Source of the DNA: Chloroflexota bacterium
Lineage (GTDB): Bacteria; Chloroflexota; Limnocylindria; Limnocylindrales; CSP1-4
Assembly (NCBI GenBank): GCA_021813655.1
Contig: JAKAJU010000183.1
Span: 1 to 58,386, forward strand
DNA length: 58,386 bases
Reading direction: 5' to 3'
A program made the translations under genes and the position numbers. Under the pieces are notes generated by a model. The model searched no databases. It saw only the letters and a list, made by a program, of their open reading frames with translations, and had not been told where the DNA came from. Of the stretch, positions 48,189 through 57,858 are shown piece by piece. How positions within the stretch are numbered: position 1 is the stretch's first letter; each line of letters opens with the position of its first letter.

Positions 48189-48274
48189 TAACCGCTTGGA
48201 GCGCGTTGAGGGGTTATCTACAGTCCGCACGATACCCCCTTGCGTATAACCTGTCAAGCGGGTATAAGGGGTTA
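48189..48274. promoter_or_regulatory. divergent promoters with two TAACC-N18-GGTTA inverted repeats
   Basis: Sites at 48189-48216 and 48247-48274; minus promoter TTGACA(48257-48252)-17-TATCGT(48234-48229); plus promoter TTGCGT(48240-48245)-17-TATAAG(48263-48268). Confidence 0.8.
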
Positions 48275-48278
48275 CCAG

Positions 48279-48971
48279 ATGAACAACCCGCTCCTCCCGG
48301 CCGACACGCCCGCCGACACGCAGCCCGCGGTGGTCGATCGGCACGGGCACATCGCTCCGATCGAGGACTGCCTCGAGTTCCTCAACACGGGCCGCCCGGT
48401 GCGGCGGAGGCATACGCACGAGTTCGGGGGCCCGACGGACGCCCTCGACTGGTTCTCGGCGCGAAACCTCCTCCACGACGACGCGCGACGGAGGCTCCTC
48501 GCCCGCTACGTGGCGGACCCTGCAGCGGGCGCGGCCGACCTCGAGATCATCCGGCGCACGCGCGACGCGATGCGCGGACTGCTCGAGGCCACGGTGCAGG
48601 GCCGGCCGGTGTCACCGACCGACCTGCGGGCCGTGAACAGGGCGCTGCGGACTCACTACGTCTACGTGCTGGTACCCGCGCCCGATGGGGTCTCCCTCGG
48701 ACACCAGCATCTCGGCGACCCGATCGGGGGCGCCCTGGGAAGGCTGGCGGAGACGCTCGCGCGCGAGCTCAGCCAGGGAACGCCTGAACGGCTCCGGATC
48801 TGCGAGAGCCCCGACTGCACGGCGGCCTTCCTCGACACCTCGCGGACGGGACGGCGGCGGTGGTGCGACATGGCGACGTGCGGGAACCGCGCGAAGGCCG
48901 CACGACACCGCGAGCGGCGGCGCCAGCTGGCTGCGACCGGCTCCTCGGGCGCGGTGGATCCGACCGCCTGA
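48279..48971 (+). CDS. ABATE/CGNR zinc-finger domain protein (putative regulator)
   Basis: LEFLNT N-terminal motif; RLRICESPDC..AFLDTSR..RRRWCDMATCGNRAKAARHR. Confidence 0.93.
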   Translation: MNNPLLPADTPADTQPAVVDRHGHIAPIEDCLEFLNTGRPVRRRHTHEFGGPTDALDWFSARNLLHDDARRRLLARYVADPAAGAADLEIIRRTRDAMRGLLEATVQGRPVSPTDLRAVNRALRTHYVYVLVPAPDGVSLGHQHLGDPIGGALGRLAETLARELSQGTPERLRICESPDCTAAFLDTSRTGRRRWCDMATCGNRAKAARHRERRRQLAATGSSGAVDPTA

Positions 48972-49117
48972 CCCGGGCGCGGGCCCGGCGCGACGGCGGC
49001 GGAGAGGACGCGGTCCGCTCGGTGCTGCCGGACTATGCTTGACCCGTTCCCGGTCGCCGCCTGCGAGCGATCCCGGCAGGCGCCACCCCCGCTCCGTGCG
49101 CCCCAAGGAGGTTCTCC

Positions 49118-49741
49118 ATGGCCGACGAGACCCAGAAGGCTCCCGAAGCGACCGCGCAGCCCGTCGAGTTCGTCGCTGCCGCCGTGGGCGACGAGACCGG
49201 CATCCAGGCAGCGGCCGCGATGACCGTCCAGGGCCACTCGGCGATCGTCGTCGCTCAGTTCGCCGACATGGACACCGCGAAGATCGCCTACGGCGCACTG
49301 CTCGACGCGGAGGCCAAGCGCGCGATCGACATCGACGGCGTCCTCGTCGTCGACGCCGACTACCAGGGCAAGGTCCACGTCCAGAAGATGACCGACCACA
49401 CGACCCGCAACGGGTTCCTGTGGGGAGCGGTCGCCGGCGCGGTCATCGGCCTCATCTTCCCGCCGTCGATCCTCGCGAGCGCCGCCACCGTGGGCGCGGC
49501 CGGGGCGATCGCGGGCAAGGCCGGCAACCTGCTCAAGCGGGGCGCCGTGGCCGACGAGCTCGCCGACGTCATCAAGCCCGGCACATCCGGGATCGTCGCA
49601 CTCGTCGAGATCACCGCGGTCCAGGCCGTGAAGGACACGATCCCCCAGGCGACCGATGTCAAGTCGGTCCCCGTGGACGACGCGACCGCCGACGCGGTCA
49701 AGGAGGCCGCGAAGGCGGCCGGTGCCGCGCCCACCGAGTGA
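49118..49741 (+). CDS. DUF1269 family membrane protein
   Basis: IDGVLVV...GKVHV, glycine-zipper GFLWGAVAGAVIGLIF, IKPGTSGIV; AAGGAGG SD. Confidence 0.75.
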   Translation: MADETQKAPEATAQPVEFVAAAVGDETGIQAAAAMTVQGHSAIVVAQFADMDTAKIAYGALLDAEAKRAIDIDGVLVVDADYQGKVHVQKMTDHTTRNGFLWGAVAGAVIGLIFPPSILASAATVGAAGAIAGKAGNLLKRGAVADELADVIKPGTSGIVALVEITAVQAVKDTIPQATDVKSVPVDDATADAVKEAAKAAGAAPTE

Positions 49742-49856
49742 CGTGGTGCGGCCACGAGCCGCCCGGTCCCTGTCGCCGAGGCCCCGCCCGACCGGACGGG
49801 GCCTCGTGCACTCCCCTGTCGGGCGCCCCGGCGCCACACCGGGCGTGTCCGGGTCG

Positions 49857-50762
49857 TCAGCGCCCTGACCCGATCCCCTCGGCGACTTCGCCCGCGTAGT
49901 CCTCGACCGAGACGAGCGGCATCGGGATCTCCGCGAGCGTCGCCGTCATGTCGATGGCGTCGCCCTGCGCATAGCACTGCTGGAGGCCGGCGAACGAGCG
50001 GAGCATGTCGTTCGCGGCCGCTGCCTGCTGCGTCGCGAGCTCCGCGATCGGGACGTGTCCCACCGTCAACGTACGGCCGGTCCGGCGCTCGAAGATCCGG
50101 ACCGCGTCGTTCGGGGAGACCGCCGCCGGGCCGCCGAGCTCGAGGGTCGCGTTCCGCGCGAAGGGTGCGTCCAGGCTCCGGACGGCGAATCCCGCGACAT
50201 CGCGGATCGAGATCCAGCTGATCGGAGCCTCGCCCGAACCGAAGATCGTCACGCTCCCGCTCGCCGGATCGAACCCGACTGCCGGCGTCAGCCAGACCTC
50301 CATGAAGTAGCTCGGCCGGAGGACCGTGTAGTCCAGTCCGCTCTCCCGGACGTGCGCCTCCACGACGCGCTTCGTGTTCCGGAGCGGGAAGTCGCCCTCG
50401 ATGTTCCCGGAGAACGACATGTAGACGAAGCCGCGGGCGCCGGCGCGCTTCGCCGCATCGGCCAGCGCGATCGTCCCGTCGCGGTCGGTGGGGCCGATGT
50501 CGTTCGTGCCCGGCTCGTACGCGAAGGGCATCGCCGAGAGGGTCGAGATGACGGACTCGACGCCGACGCACGCCGCATCGAGCGATGCGCGGTCGCGGAC
50601 GTCCCCGATGACCGTCTCTGCACCCAGCGCCTGCAGCGCCGCGACCTTCGACGGGTCGGACGAGGCGCGGACCAGCGCCCGGAAGGGTATCCCCTGCCCT
50701 GCCAGCCGGCGGCAGATGTCGCTGCCGACGAGACCGGTCGCTCCGGCGATGAGGACTGGCAT
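49857..50762 (-). CDS. NmrA-like atypical SDR oxidoreductase
   Basis: VLIAGATGLVG, RALVR, SGLDYTVLRPSYFME, SWISIRDVA, LELGGP. Confidence 0.9.
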   Translation of the reverse strand: MPVLIAGATGLVGSDICRRLAGQGIPFRALVRASSDPSKVAALQALGAETVIGDVRDRASLDAACVGVESVISTLSAMPFAYEPGTNDIGPTDRDGTIALADAAKRAGARGFVYMSFSGNIEGDFPLRNTKRVVEAHVRESGLDYTVLRPSYFMEVWLTPAVGFDPASGSVTIFGSGEAPISWISIRDVAGFAVRSLDAPFARNATLELGGPAAVSPNDAVRIFERRTGRTLTVGHVPIAELATQQAAAANDMLRSFAGLQQCYAQGDAIDMTATLAEIPMPLVSVEDYAGEVAEGIGSGR

Positions 50763-51000
50763 GTGACGACCCTCCGATGTGCCCGACGCCACGGCCGTGG
50801 ACCCGCCGTCACCCCGGGCCGACCGGCCCGGACGGGGGCGGGGTGCGTCGGCGCAGCATCGGGCGCGCCGCACGCCGGGGACAGGGCCGAGAGTCGCGAA
50901 CCGGACGCGAAGAACGGTGGCGGCGCTTGCGCGCCCGGAGGGTTGCGTGGATGGATCGCCGACCGCTCGCGACCCGGCCGCGTCGGCCCCCGGCCGTCCC

Positions 51001-51453
51001 TCAGGACAGCCGCGGGATCCTGATCGGGGGGACGGAGCGGGCGTCCGGACTCACGAGGCGAACGAGCCTGTCGAGTCGATCGTCGACCGCGGCGAGGAGC
51101 CCGCGGAGGTCCAGCCCGGCCGGATCCGCGTCGCCGTCGACCGCCGCGCGCAGGAGCGCGCGGGCGCCGACCAGGTTCTTCCTCATCCCGACGGCATTGC
51201 CCCGGATCCGGTGCACGTGGGCCGCCGCGACCTTGATGAGCCCCTGGTACAGCTCACGCTCCGGGAGGTCGTCGGTGCCCATCCACGCTGGCTCGAGCAG
51301 CTCGTGGGCGAGGAACCAGTCGCCGCGATCGCAGGCGGCGAGGCCGTCCGCGAGGGCGGCGCGACGCGCCTCGGGCGGCAGCGGGCGGTACGCCTTCCGG
51401 CGCCCGCCCTGGAGGACGGTCGCCTCGCGGGGTCCGTCCGTCCGGTCCGCCAT
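51001..51453 (-). CDS. DUF309 domain protein
   Basis: WFLAHELLEPAW, YQGLIKVAAAHVH..RGN. Confidence 0.85.
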   Translation of the reverse strand: MADRTDGPREATVLQGGRRKAYRPLPPEARRAALADGLAACDRGDWFLAHELLEPAWMGTDDLPERELYQGLIKVAAAHVHRIRGNAVGMRKNLVGARALLRAAVDGDADPAGLDLRGLLAAVDDRLDRLVRLVSPDARSVPPIRIPRLS

Positions 51454-51471
51454 CGGTTCGCCTCGGCCGCG

Positions 51472-52326
51472 TCAGGCGGCGCGACCCGGATCGTGGCCGG
51501 CCCCAGCCTCGGCGAGTGCCGGGTCCACGCGGTAGGCCACGCGCGCGCGGTTCGCCATGAGGCGCTCGTCGGCGACGACACGGCCGGTGGTGCGGTCGAC
51601 GGCGCGGCGCCAGACCTCATTGCAGCGGACGACCGCCTCTCCGTCGCGCTCGAAGCGATGGTCCACCTCGTACACGTGGTACGCGAGGGCGAGCTCGCGA
51701 TCCGCCCGGACCCGTCCCCTCAGGTCCCGCTGCGTCAGCCAGACGTCCAGCTGGAAGGTCGCGTCCGTGTCGTTGCGGAGGCGCAGGTCCACGTAGTTGT
51801 AGAAGACGCTCGCGCCCGTGCCGAATGGGAGGATGCGGCGGTCGTCCGGGAACGGGTCGAACCCATGGTGATGCCGTTCGACGACCGTGAGGGGGGTGTG
51901 CAGCGCGAGCCAATAGAGGAGGTTCGCCATCTGGCAGAGCCCGCCGCCCGTGCCGGTCCGCGCCTCTGCGCCGAAGAGGACGATCCCCTCACGGAATCCG
52001 CGCCGCGCGGACGGCGCCCCGACGCGATCCCAGAACGAGACGGTCTCTCCGGGCCCGACGACCAGGCCGTCGAGGGACGACGCTGCGAGCCGCAGGTTGA
52101 CGATCTTCGTCTCCTGCAGGCGCGGGTCGGTCGCGCCCAGGCGGCGGCGGAGGATCGACCCGTGGCGCGCGACGACGACGGGGAGTCGATCGTCCGCCCG
52201 GAGCGTGCGCGCGAACCGCGTGCCGGCTCGGCGGTCGCGCAGGCGGCGCGCGAGCCGCAGCTGCTCGACCCGCAGCGGGTACGCCCACGGGTGACGCGCG
52301 GTGAGGACGGGGCGCTCCGGGGCCAT
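51472..52326 (-). CDS. VanW family protein
   Basis: NLRLA...LDG.VVGPGETVSF, GGGLCQ, ERHHH, DLRLRNDT. Confidence 0.88.
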   Translation of the reverse strand: MAPERPVLTARHPWAYPLRVEQLRLARRLRDRRAGTRFARTLRADDRLPVVVARHGSILRRRLGATDPRLQETKIVNLRLAASSLDGLVVGPGETVSFWDRVGAPSARRGFREGIVLFGAEARTGTGGGLCQMANLLYWLALHTPLTVVERHHHGFDPFPDDRRILPFGTGASVFYNYVDLRLRNDTDATFQLDVWLTQRDLRGRVRADRELALAYHVYEVDHRFERDGEAVVRCNEVWRRAVDRTTGRVVADERLMANRARVAYRVDPALAEAGAGHDPGRAA

Positions 52327-52395
52327 GCCGGGAGGATACGGTCCGTCGCAGCACCGTGCGGGCCGAGCGACGGTCCACCGGGTGGGACCGAGAAC

Positions 52396-52425
52396 GAGCC
52401 CCCGCGGGAGACTCCACGGGGGCTC
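52396..52425 (-). terminator. hairpin downstream of tRNA-Pro
   Basis: GAGCCCCCG(C)GG...CC(A)CGGGGGCTC inverted repeat just 3' of the tRNA. Confidence 0.6.
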
Positions 52426-52443
52426 GTCCACGCTCAGGAGAGG

Positions 52444-52520
<77 letters not shown>

Positions 52521-52649
52521 ACGGCCGGGATTCTAGCAGGCATCGGCCGGTCAGACGGTCGAGTGCGGCACGGGCCTGCCCGACCGAGCCTGTGTCGGCG
52601 GCGGTATCGTGCACCGTCGTCCGGGCGGGCGGACGCGGAGGAGCCCGCG

Positions 52650-53696
52650 TCAGGGTCGCGCGAGCGCGCGGCGCCACGCGCCCCGGTCGGCGAGCTCGTC
52701 CCGCAGCTCCCGCGCGAGCAGGTCAGCGAGACATCGCCGCACCGGCTTCCCCTCGAAGAGCGCGAGGTGGACCTCCCGCGCGATCGGGACCTCGACGTCG
52801 AGGGTGTCCGCGAGCGCGATCGCCGCGTCGACCGTGAACGCGCCTTCGGCCACGCCGCCGATCGCCTCTCCGACGAGCACCGGCCGGTGACCGCGCGCGA
52901 GCTCGACGCCGAGACGGTGGTTGCGCGACAGGGTCGACTCGCAGGTCGCGATCAGGTCGCCCATCCCGGCAAGGCCGGAGAACGTCATCGGGCTGCCGCC
53001 GGCGGCGACCCCGAGCCGCGTGATCTCGGCGAGGCCCCGCGTGATCAGGGCCGCCTTCCCGTTGTCCCCGAAGCCGAGGGCGTCGGCCGCGCCGGCCGCG
53101 ATCGCGACGACGTTCTTCAGGGCGCCCGCGAGCTCGACGCCCGTCACGTCCTCGTTCGTGTAGAGGCGGAAGAAGCGCGTGCCGATGCGATCGCGCACGC
53201 GCGCCGCCAGGGCCTCGTCCGTCGCCGCGACGACCGCGGACGCGGGCAGGCCGCGCGCGATCTCCGGCGCGAGGTTGGGACCCGAGAGGACGGCGATCCG
53301 GGCCGGATCCACGCCCGCGGTCTCCGCGATGACCTGGCTCATCCGCCGGAGCGTGCCTCGCTCGATGCCCTTCACCACGGAGACGACCGTCGCGCTCGCC
53401 GCGAAGCGCGGCGCGATCGCACGCACTCCCTCGCGGAGGAAGGCCGATGGGATGGCGACGACGACGAGGTCCGCTGATGCGACGCGACCCGGATCGGCCG
53501 TCACCGTGAGCCGGGCCGGGAACCGGATGCCCGGGAGACGCTCGGCGTCCTCCCGGGCCACCTCGAGGAGCGCGGCTCGTTCGGGCCTCCGCACGATGAG
53601 GACCGTCCGCTCGCGCCGGCCGAGCAGGATGGCGAGTGTCGTCCCCCACGTCCCGCCGCCCACGATCGCGACCGTGGGCTGGTGCCCCCGGGTCAC
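52650..53696 (-). CDS. gpsA: NAD(P)H-dependent glycerol-3-phosphate dehydrogenase
   Basis: GGGTWGT, KGIE, LSGPNLA, GALKNVVAI, GLAGMGDLIATC..SRN. Confidence 0.97.
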   Translation of the reverse strand: MTRGHQPTVAIVGGGTWGTTLAILLGRRERTVLIVRRPERAALLEVAREDAERLPGIRFPARLTVTADPGRVASADLVVVAIPSAFLREGVRAIAPRFAASATVVSVVKGIERGTLRRMSQVIAETAGVDPARIAVLSGPNLAPEIARGLPASAVVAATDEALAARVRDRIGTRFFRLYTNEDVTGVELAGALKNVVAIAAGAADALGFGDNGKAALITRGLAEITRLGVAAGGSPMTFSGLAGMGDLIATCESTLSRNHRLGVELARGHRPVLVGEAIGGVAEGAFTVDAAIALADTLDVEVPIAREVHLALFEGKPVRRCLADLLARELRDELADRGAWRRALARP

Positions 53697-55384
53697 GTCC
53701 CGGGCCGGCGACCCCGGCGTCCCGTGGAGCCGCTCCGACCGCCCACGCCCTTGCGACGACGCCCGCCCGCGGGGCCGGTCTGTCTCCCATCGAGCGGGCC
53801 AGGGGGCCCACCCTTGGTCCCGGCCGGCCCTCCGCCCCGCGGACCTGCGGGCGTCGGGCCCTTGGCGGCACGACCGGGTCCCGTGGCCGTACCGCGCGCG
53901 GCTGCGACCCCGCCCGCACCGGCCCGGCGCGGCGGTCGGTTCTTCGCCTCGTCACGTCGGCGCTCGCGGAAGTTCAGCCGGAGCGGGGTCCCGATGAAGC
54001 CGTACTCGTCGCGGAGCTGGTTCTCGAGGTATCGCCGGTAGCTGAAGTGCACGTCGTCCGCGTCGCGCGCGAAGAAGACGAACGTCGGCGGGGCGACCGC
54101 GGCCTGCGTTGCGTAGAGGATCTTCGGCCGGCGGTTGCGGACGGTCGGCGGCTGCTGACGCGCCACGGCTTCCGCGACCAGGCGGTTCAGCTCGCCGGTG
54201 GGGATCCGACGGCGTCGCTCGCCCCAGACGTCCACGGCGAGCTCGAGGACGCGGTCGGTGCGCTGCCCGGTCTTCGCCGAGATCGAGACGACCGGTGCGA
54301 AGTCGAGGAAGGGTGCCTCGCGCCGGATCCACTCGACGTACCGATCGAACGTCCGGTCGGTCTTCTCCTCGACGATGTCCCACTTGTTGACGGCGACGAC
54401 GAGGCCCTTGCCCTCCTCCACGACGTAGCCGGCGATGTGGGCGTCCTGCGCGGTGAGCCCCTCGAGCGCATCGATGAGGAGGATCGCGACGTCGGCGCGG
54501 GAGAGCGCCCGCAGCGCGCGCAGCGCGGAGTAGCGCTCCGCCGCCTCCGCGCTCGCCACCTTCCCCCGGCGGCGGATCCCGGCCGTGTCGATGAGGACGA
54601 CCTCGCCGTGCCCGTACGCGAGCCGCGTGTCGATCGCGTCGCGCGTCGTCCCCGGGATGTCGCTGACGATCATCCGCTCCTCGCCGATGAGACGGTTCAG
54701 GAGGCTCGACTTGCCCACGTTCGGCCGGCCCAGGAGGGCGATCGTCACGGGGCCGGGAAGCTCGGCCGCCGCTTCCTCCTCGGCCGCCTCGTCGGCGCCG
54801 ATGAAGCCGTCGGCGATGTCGCGCGCGCGCTGGTCAGCCGCTGCCTCGCGGGCCTTGCGCTCCCGCTCGCCGTCCGACTCGGGGGGGAGGGCCTCGACGA
54901 TCGCGTCGAGGAGGTCGGCGACCCCGCGACCGTGGAGCGCGCTGACAGGGAGGGTCGTCGCCCAGCCCAGCGCGTAGAACTCGGCAGCGTCGAGCTCCCG
55001 GCGCTCGCTGTCCGCCTTGTTCGCGGCCACGAGCACGGGCGCCGAGGATCGGCGAAGGACGTCCGCGGCCTCCGAGTCGGCGGGTGTGAGACCCGTCGCC
55101 GCGTCGACGACGAAGACGACGACATCGGCCTCCGAGATCGCCAGGCGGGCCTGCTCCTGGACGCGCGCTTCGATGGAGTCACCCGGCTCGATCTCGAGCC
55201 CCCCGGTGTCCACGATCAGGAAGCGGCGATCCTCCCACTCGGCGTCGCCGTAGAGGCGGTCGCGGGTGGTGCGCGCCCGGTCCTCGACGATCGCCGCGCG
55301 CTCGCCGAGGATGCGATTGAACAGGGTGCTCTTGCCGACGTTCGGGCGGCCGACGATCGCGACGACGGGCAGGTCCGCGGCCAT
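53693..55384 (-). CDS. der: ribosome biogenesis GTPase Der (EngA)
   Basis: Two GRPNVGKS P-loops, DTGG/DTAG, NKAD/NKWD, KH-like domain (PPTFVFF...YRRYLENQLR). Confidence 0.97.
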   Translation of the reverse strand: MAADLPVVAIVGRPNVGKSTLFNRILGERAAIVEDRARTTRDRLYGDAEWEDRRFLIVDTGGLEIEPGDSIEARVQEQARLAISEADVVVFVVDAATGLTPADSEAADVLRRSSAPVLVAANKADSERRELDAAEFYALGWATTLPVSALHGRGVADLLDAIVEALPPESDGERERKAREAAADQRARDIADGFIGADEAAEEEAAAELPGPVTIALLGRPNVGKSSLLNRLIGEERMIVSDIPGTTRDAIDTRLAYGHGEVVLIDTAGIRRRGKVASAEAAERYSALRALRALSRADVAILLIDALEGLTAQDAHIAGYVVEEGKGLVVAVNKWDIVEEKTDRTFDRYVEWIRREAPFLDFAPVVSISAKTGQRTDRVLELAVDVWGERRRRIPTGELNRLVAEAVARQQPPTVRNRRPKILYATQAAVAPPTFVFFARDADDVHFSYRRYLENQLRDEYGFIGTPLRLNFRERRRDEAKNRPPRRAGAGGVAAARGTATGPGRAAKGPTPAGPRGGGPAGTKGGPPGPLDGRQTGPAGGRRRKGVGGRSGSTGRRGRRPGT

Positions 55385-56361
55385 CAGCGGGCCGATGCCG
55401 GGACGGCGTGTCCCTGCGTCCGCGGCAGCGAGGTCGTCCGCCCGGCGGGCGTGGCTGCGGCTGCCAGCGCCCCCGCCGCCATCTCGGCCTCGCGCCCGGC
55501 GATCGACGGAGAGCCGGCGAGCTCCAGGACCCGCCGCGCGACGACCTCGAGGTCCTCGATCGGGGTGGAGGTCCCGCCCGTCACGCCGACGGTCCGCGCG
55601 CCGTCGAACACAGACCCGTCCGCCAGGTCCACGACACCCTCGATCTGGGCGACCGGCGTGCCGACGATCTCGCAGAGACGCGTCAGCTCCTTCGTGTTCG
55701 CCGAGTGACGCCCGCCGACGACGACCATGAAGTCGACCGCCCTCGCCGTCTCGACGGTGTCCTCCTGGCGGCGGATGGTGACCGGGCAGACGGTGTTGAC
55801 GATCTTGAGCTCGTGGGCACGGCTGACGATGAACGCGGCGAGCTTCTCGAACTTCCATGGCGGCTGCGTGGACTGGCTCATGAGGGCCATCCGCTTCCTG
55901 CGCGGGATGGACTCCCATTCGTCCTCCTCGTCCACGACGATCGCGTCCGGCGCCACGCCGAGGAGGCCGACGACCTCCGGGTGGCGGAGCGTTCCCAGGA
56001 TGACGATCGTGTAGCCCTCCTCGACCAGTCGGGCGAGCTGGCGATGCTCCGATGTCACCCACGAGCACGTGCCGTCGATGACGTCCAGCCCGCGCGATTC
56101 GGCACGCGCGAGGACTTCGGGCCGCGCGCCGTGGGCCCGGATGACCACGGCCGACCCCGACGCGACGTCGTCGAGACTGTCCACCGTGCGGATCCCCTCC
56201 GCCTGGAGCTGCGCGATGACGCCCTCGTTGTGGACGACCTGGCCCAGGGTGACCGTGACGGCACCCGTGGCGGCCGTCTCCTTGGCCCGGTCGATCGCCT
56301 CGCGCACGCCGTAGCAGAAGCCGGTCCGCCGTGCGATCAGGATGCTCTCGACGGTTCCCAT
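55384..56361 (-). CDS. ispH: 4-hydroxy-3-methylbut-2-enyl diphosphate reductase
   Basis: GFCYGV, VVHN, IRAHG, DGTC, HPEV, NTVC, SANT. Confidence 0.93.
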   Translation of the reverse strand: MGTVESILIARRTGFCYGVREAIDRAKETAATGAVTVTLGQVVHNEGVIAQLQAEGIRTVDSLDDVASGSAVVIRAHGARPEVLARAESRGLDVIDGTCSWVTSEHRQLARLVEEGYTIVILGTLRHPEVVGLLGVAPDAIVVDEEDEWESIPRRKRMALMSQSTQPPWKFEKLAAFIVSRAHELKIVNTVCPVTIRRQEDTVETARAVDFMVVVGGRHSANTKELTRLCEIVGTPVAQIEGVVDLADGSVFDGARTVGVTGGTSTPIEDLEVVARRVLELAGSPSIAGREAEMAAGALAAAATPAGRTTSLPRTQGHAVPASAR

Positions 56362-56371
56362 GGCCCGCGTA

Positions 56372-57103
56372 TCATGCCACGGGCCCGGTCGGGCCCCCCT
56401 TCGCGGCGGCCTCGGCATAGACGCCCCGGTAGGCCGGCGGGAGCAGGATCGCGATGCGCGTCATCAGGCGGTCGGTCACCGCCTCGAGGTCCTCGCGCGT
56501 TCCGTCGACGGTGAGCCGCTCGAGGTGGAATGGCTGCCCGATGCGCACGTGGACGTGCGCGCCCGGATGCGGAAAGGTGCTCCCCCGGGGCCACATCCGT
56601 TCCGTCCCCCAGACGCCAACGGGCAGGACGGGCGCCCCCGTCCTGATCGCGAGGAGCGTCACCCCAGCCTTCGCCCGCATCAGCGCGCCGGTGTGGCTGC
56701 GCGTTCCTTCGGGGAAGGTACCGAGCACGCGGCCGTCGTCGAGGACGCGCTTGGCGAGGCGGAAGGCCTCCGTGTCGGCGGCGCCGCGCCGGATGCCGAA
56801 CGCGCCGTTCGCCCTGAGGAACGCGCCCACGAGCGGCCACTCGAGGGCCTCCTGCTTCGCCATCCAGTGGACGTACCGCCCGAGGGCGGGCGTGAGCCAC
56901 GAGGCGATGAGCGGCGGATCCGCGTTCGAGAGGTGGTTGCTCGCGATGATGAGCGGGCCGTCGCCGGGCAGGCCCTCGAGTCCCTCGATGTCCACGCGGG
57001 CGAGGGACCGATAGATGGCGCGACCCACGAAGAGCGAGCCGCGGACGAAGCGCGTCGGTCGCCGCGAACCCAGATCGAGCACCCCGGCCGTCCGCTCGGT
57101 CAT
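56372..57103 (-). CDS. plsC: 1-acyl-sn-glycerol-3-phosphate acyltransferase
   Basis: NHLSNAD and FPEGTRS acyltransferase motifs. Confidence 0.9.
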   Translation of the reverse strand: MTERTAGVLDLGSRRPTRFVRGSLFVGRAIYRSLARVDIEGLEGLPGDGPLIIASNHLSNADPPLIASWLTPALGRYVHWMAKQEALEWPLVGAFLRANGAFGIRRGAADTEAFRLAKRVLDDGRVLGTFPEGTRSHTGALMRAKAGVTLLAIRTGAPVLPVGVWGTERMWPRGSTFPHPGAHVHVRIGQPFHLERLTVDGTREDLEAVTDRLMTRIAILLPPAYRGVYAEAAAKGGPTGPVA

Positions 57104-57858
57104 CCGACGGTCCCGGACCCTCCGGCGCGCTCCGCCGTCCGGTTTCGCGCGAGTGCCACCACGCGCGCGACGACGGCGTCGAGCCCCATCCCGTCCGTCA
57201 CCACGATGACGGCGTCGTCGGCCGGGCGCAACGGGGCGATGGCGCGCCCGGAGTCGATCGCGTCGCGTCGCTCCAGGTCGGCGCGGATCCCCGCGGTCTC
57301 GGGGCCGTCCGGGTCGAGACCCCGCTCGAGGGCGCGACGGCGCGCGCGTTCAGCGGCCGAGGCGTCGAGATAGACCTTCAGGTCGGCGTCGGGGAGCACG
57401 ACCGTGCCGATGTCGCGTCCGACCATGACGATCCCGGCCCCTGCCGCCAGCTCGCGCTGCACGGCGACGAGCGCGCGGCGGACCTCCGGCTGACGGGCGA
57501 CCTCGGAGACATGCCGGTCCACGCGCGCTGCCCGGACGGATCGCGTGACGTCACGGCCGTCGACACGGACGCGCGCCAGTCGCCCGGCGGCGTCCGGGGC
57601 GAGCCGCACATCGGGCGCAAGGCACGCCACCGCAGGGCCGTCGGTCAACGGCACTCCCCGGCGGAGCGCGAGCCACGTGAGCGCCCGGTACATGAGACCG
57701 GTGTCCACGAAGCACAGGCCGAGCGCCCCCGCGACAGCCATCCCGACGCTCGACTTCCCGCTCGAGCCCGGGCCGTCGATGGCGACCGTGAGCCCCAGGG
57801 GGCGCGTCCCCGGCGTGGAGCTCCGGTCGCCGCCGGCCGGCGTCGTCGCCGTCACCAT
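57100..57858 (-). CDS. cmk: cytidylate kinase
   Basis: AIDGPGSSGKSS, DTGLMYRA, GRDIGTVVLPDA, RRD..DSGR. Confidence 0.96.
   Translation of the reverse strand: MVTATTPAGGDRSSTPGTRPLGLTVAIDGPGSSGKSSVGMAVAGALGLCFVDTGLMYRALTWLALRRGVPLTDGPAVACLAPDVRLAPDAAGRLARVRVDGRDVTRSVRAARVDRHVSEVARQPEVRRALVAVQRELAAGAGIVMVGRDIGTVVLPDADLKVYLDASAAERARRRALERGLDPDGPETAGIRADLERRDAIDSGRAIAPLRPADDAVIVVTDGMGLDAVVARVVALARNRTAERAGGSGTVG

Noticed and set aside
51472-52326. Vancomycin resistance locus
   Set aside because: Stand-alone VanW-domain gene without vanHAX or vanRS; such genes are widespread and not evidence of resistance.
52650-57858. cmk-plsC-ispH-der-gpsA order without rpsA or plsY
   Set aside because: A common variant of a conserved housekeeping cluster.
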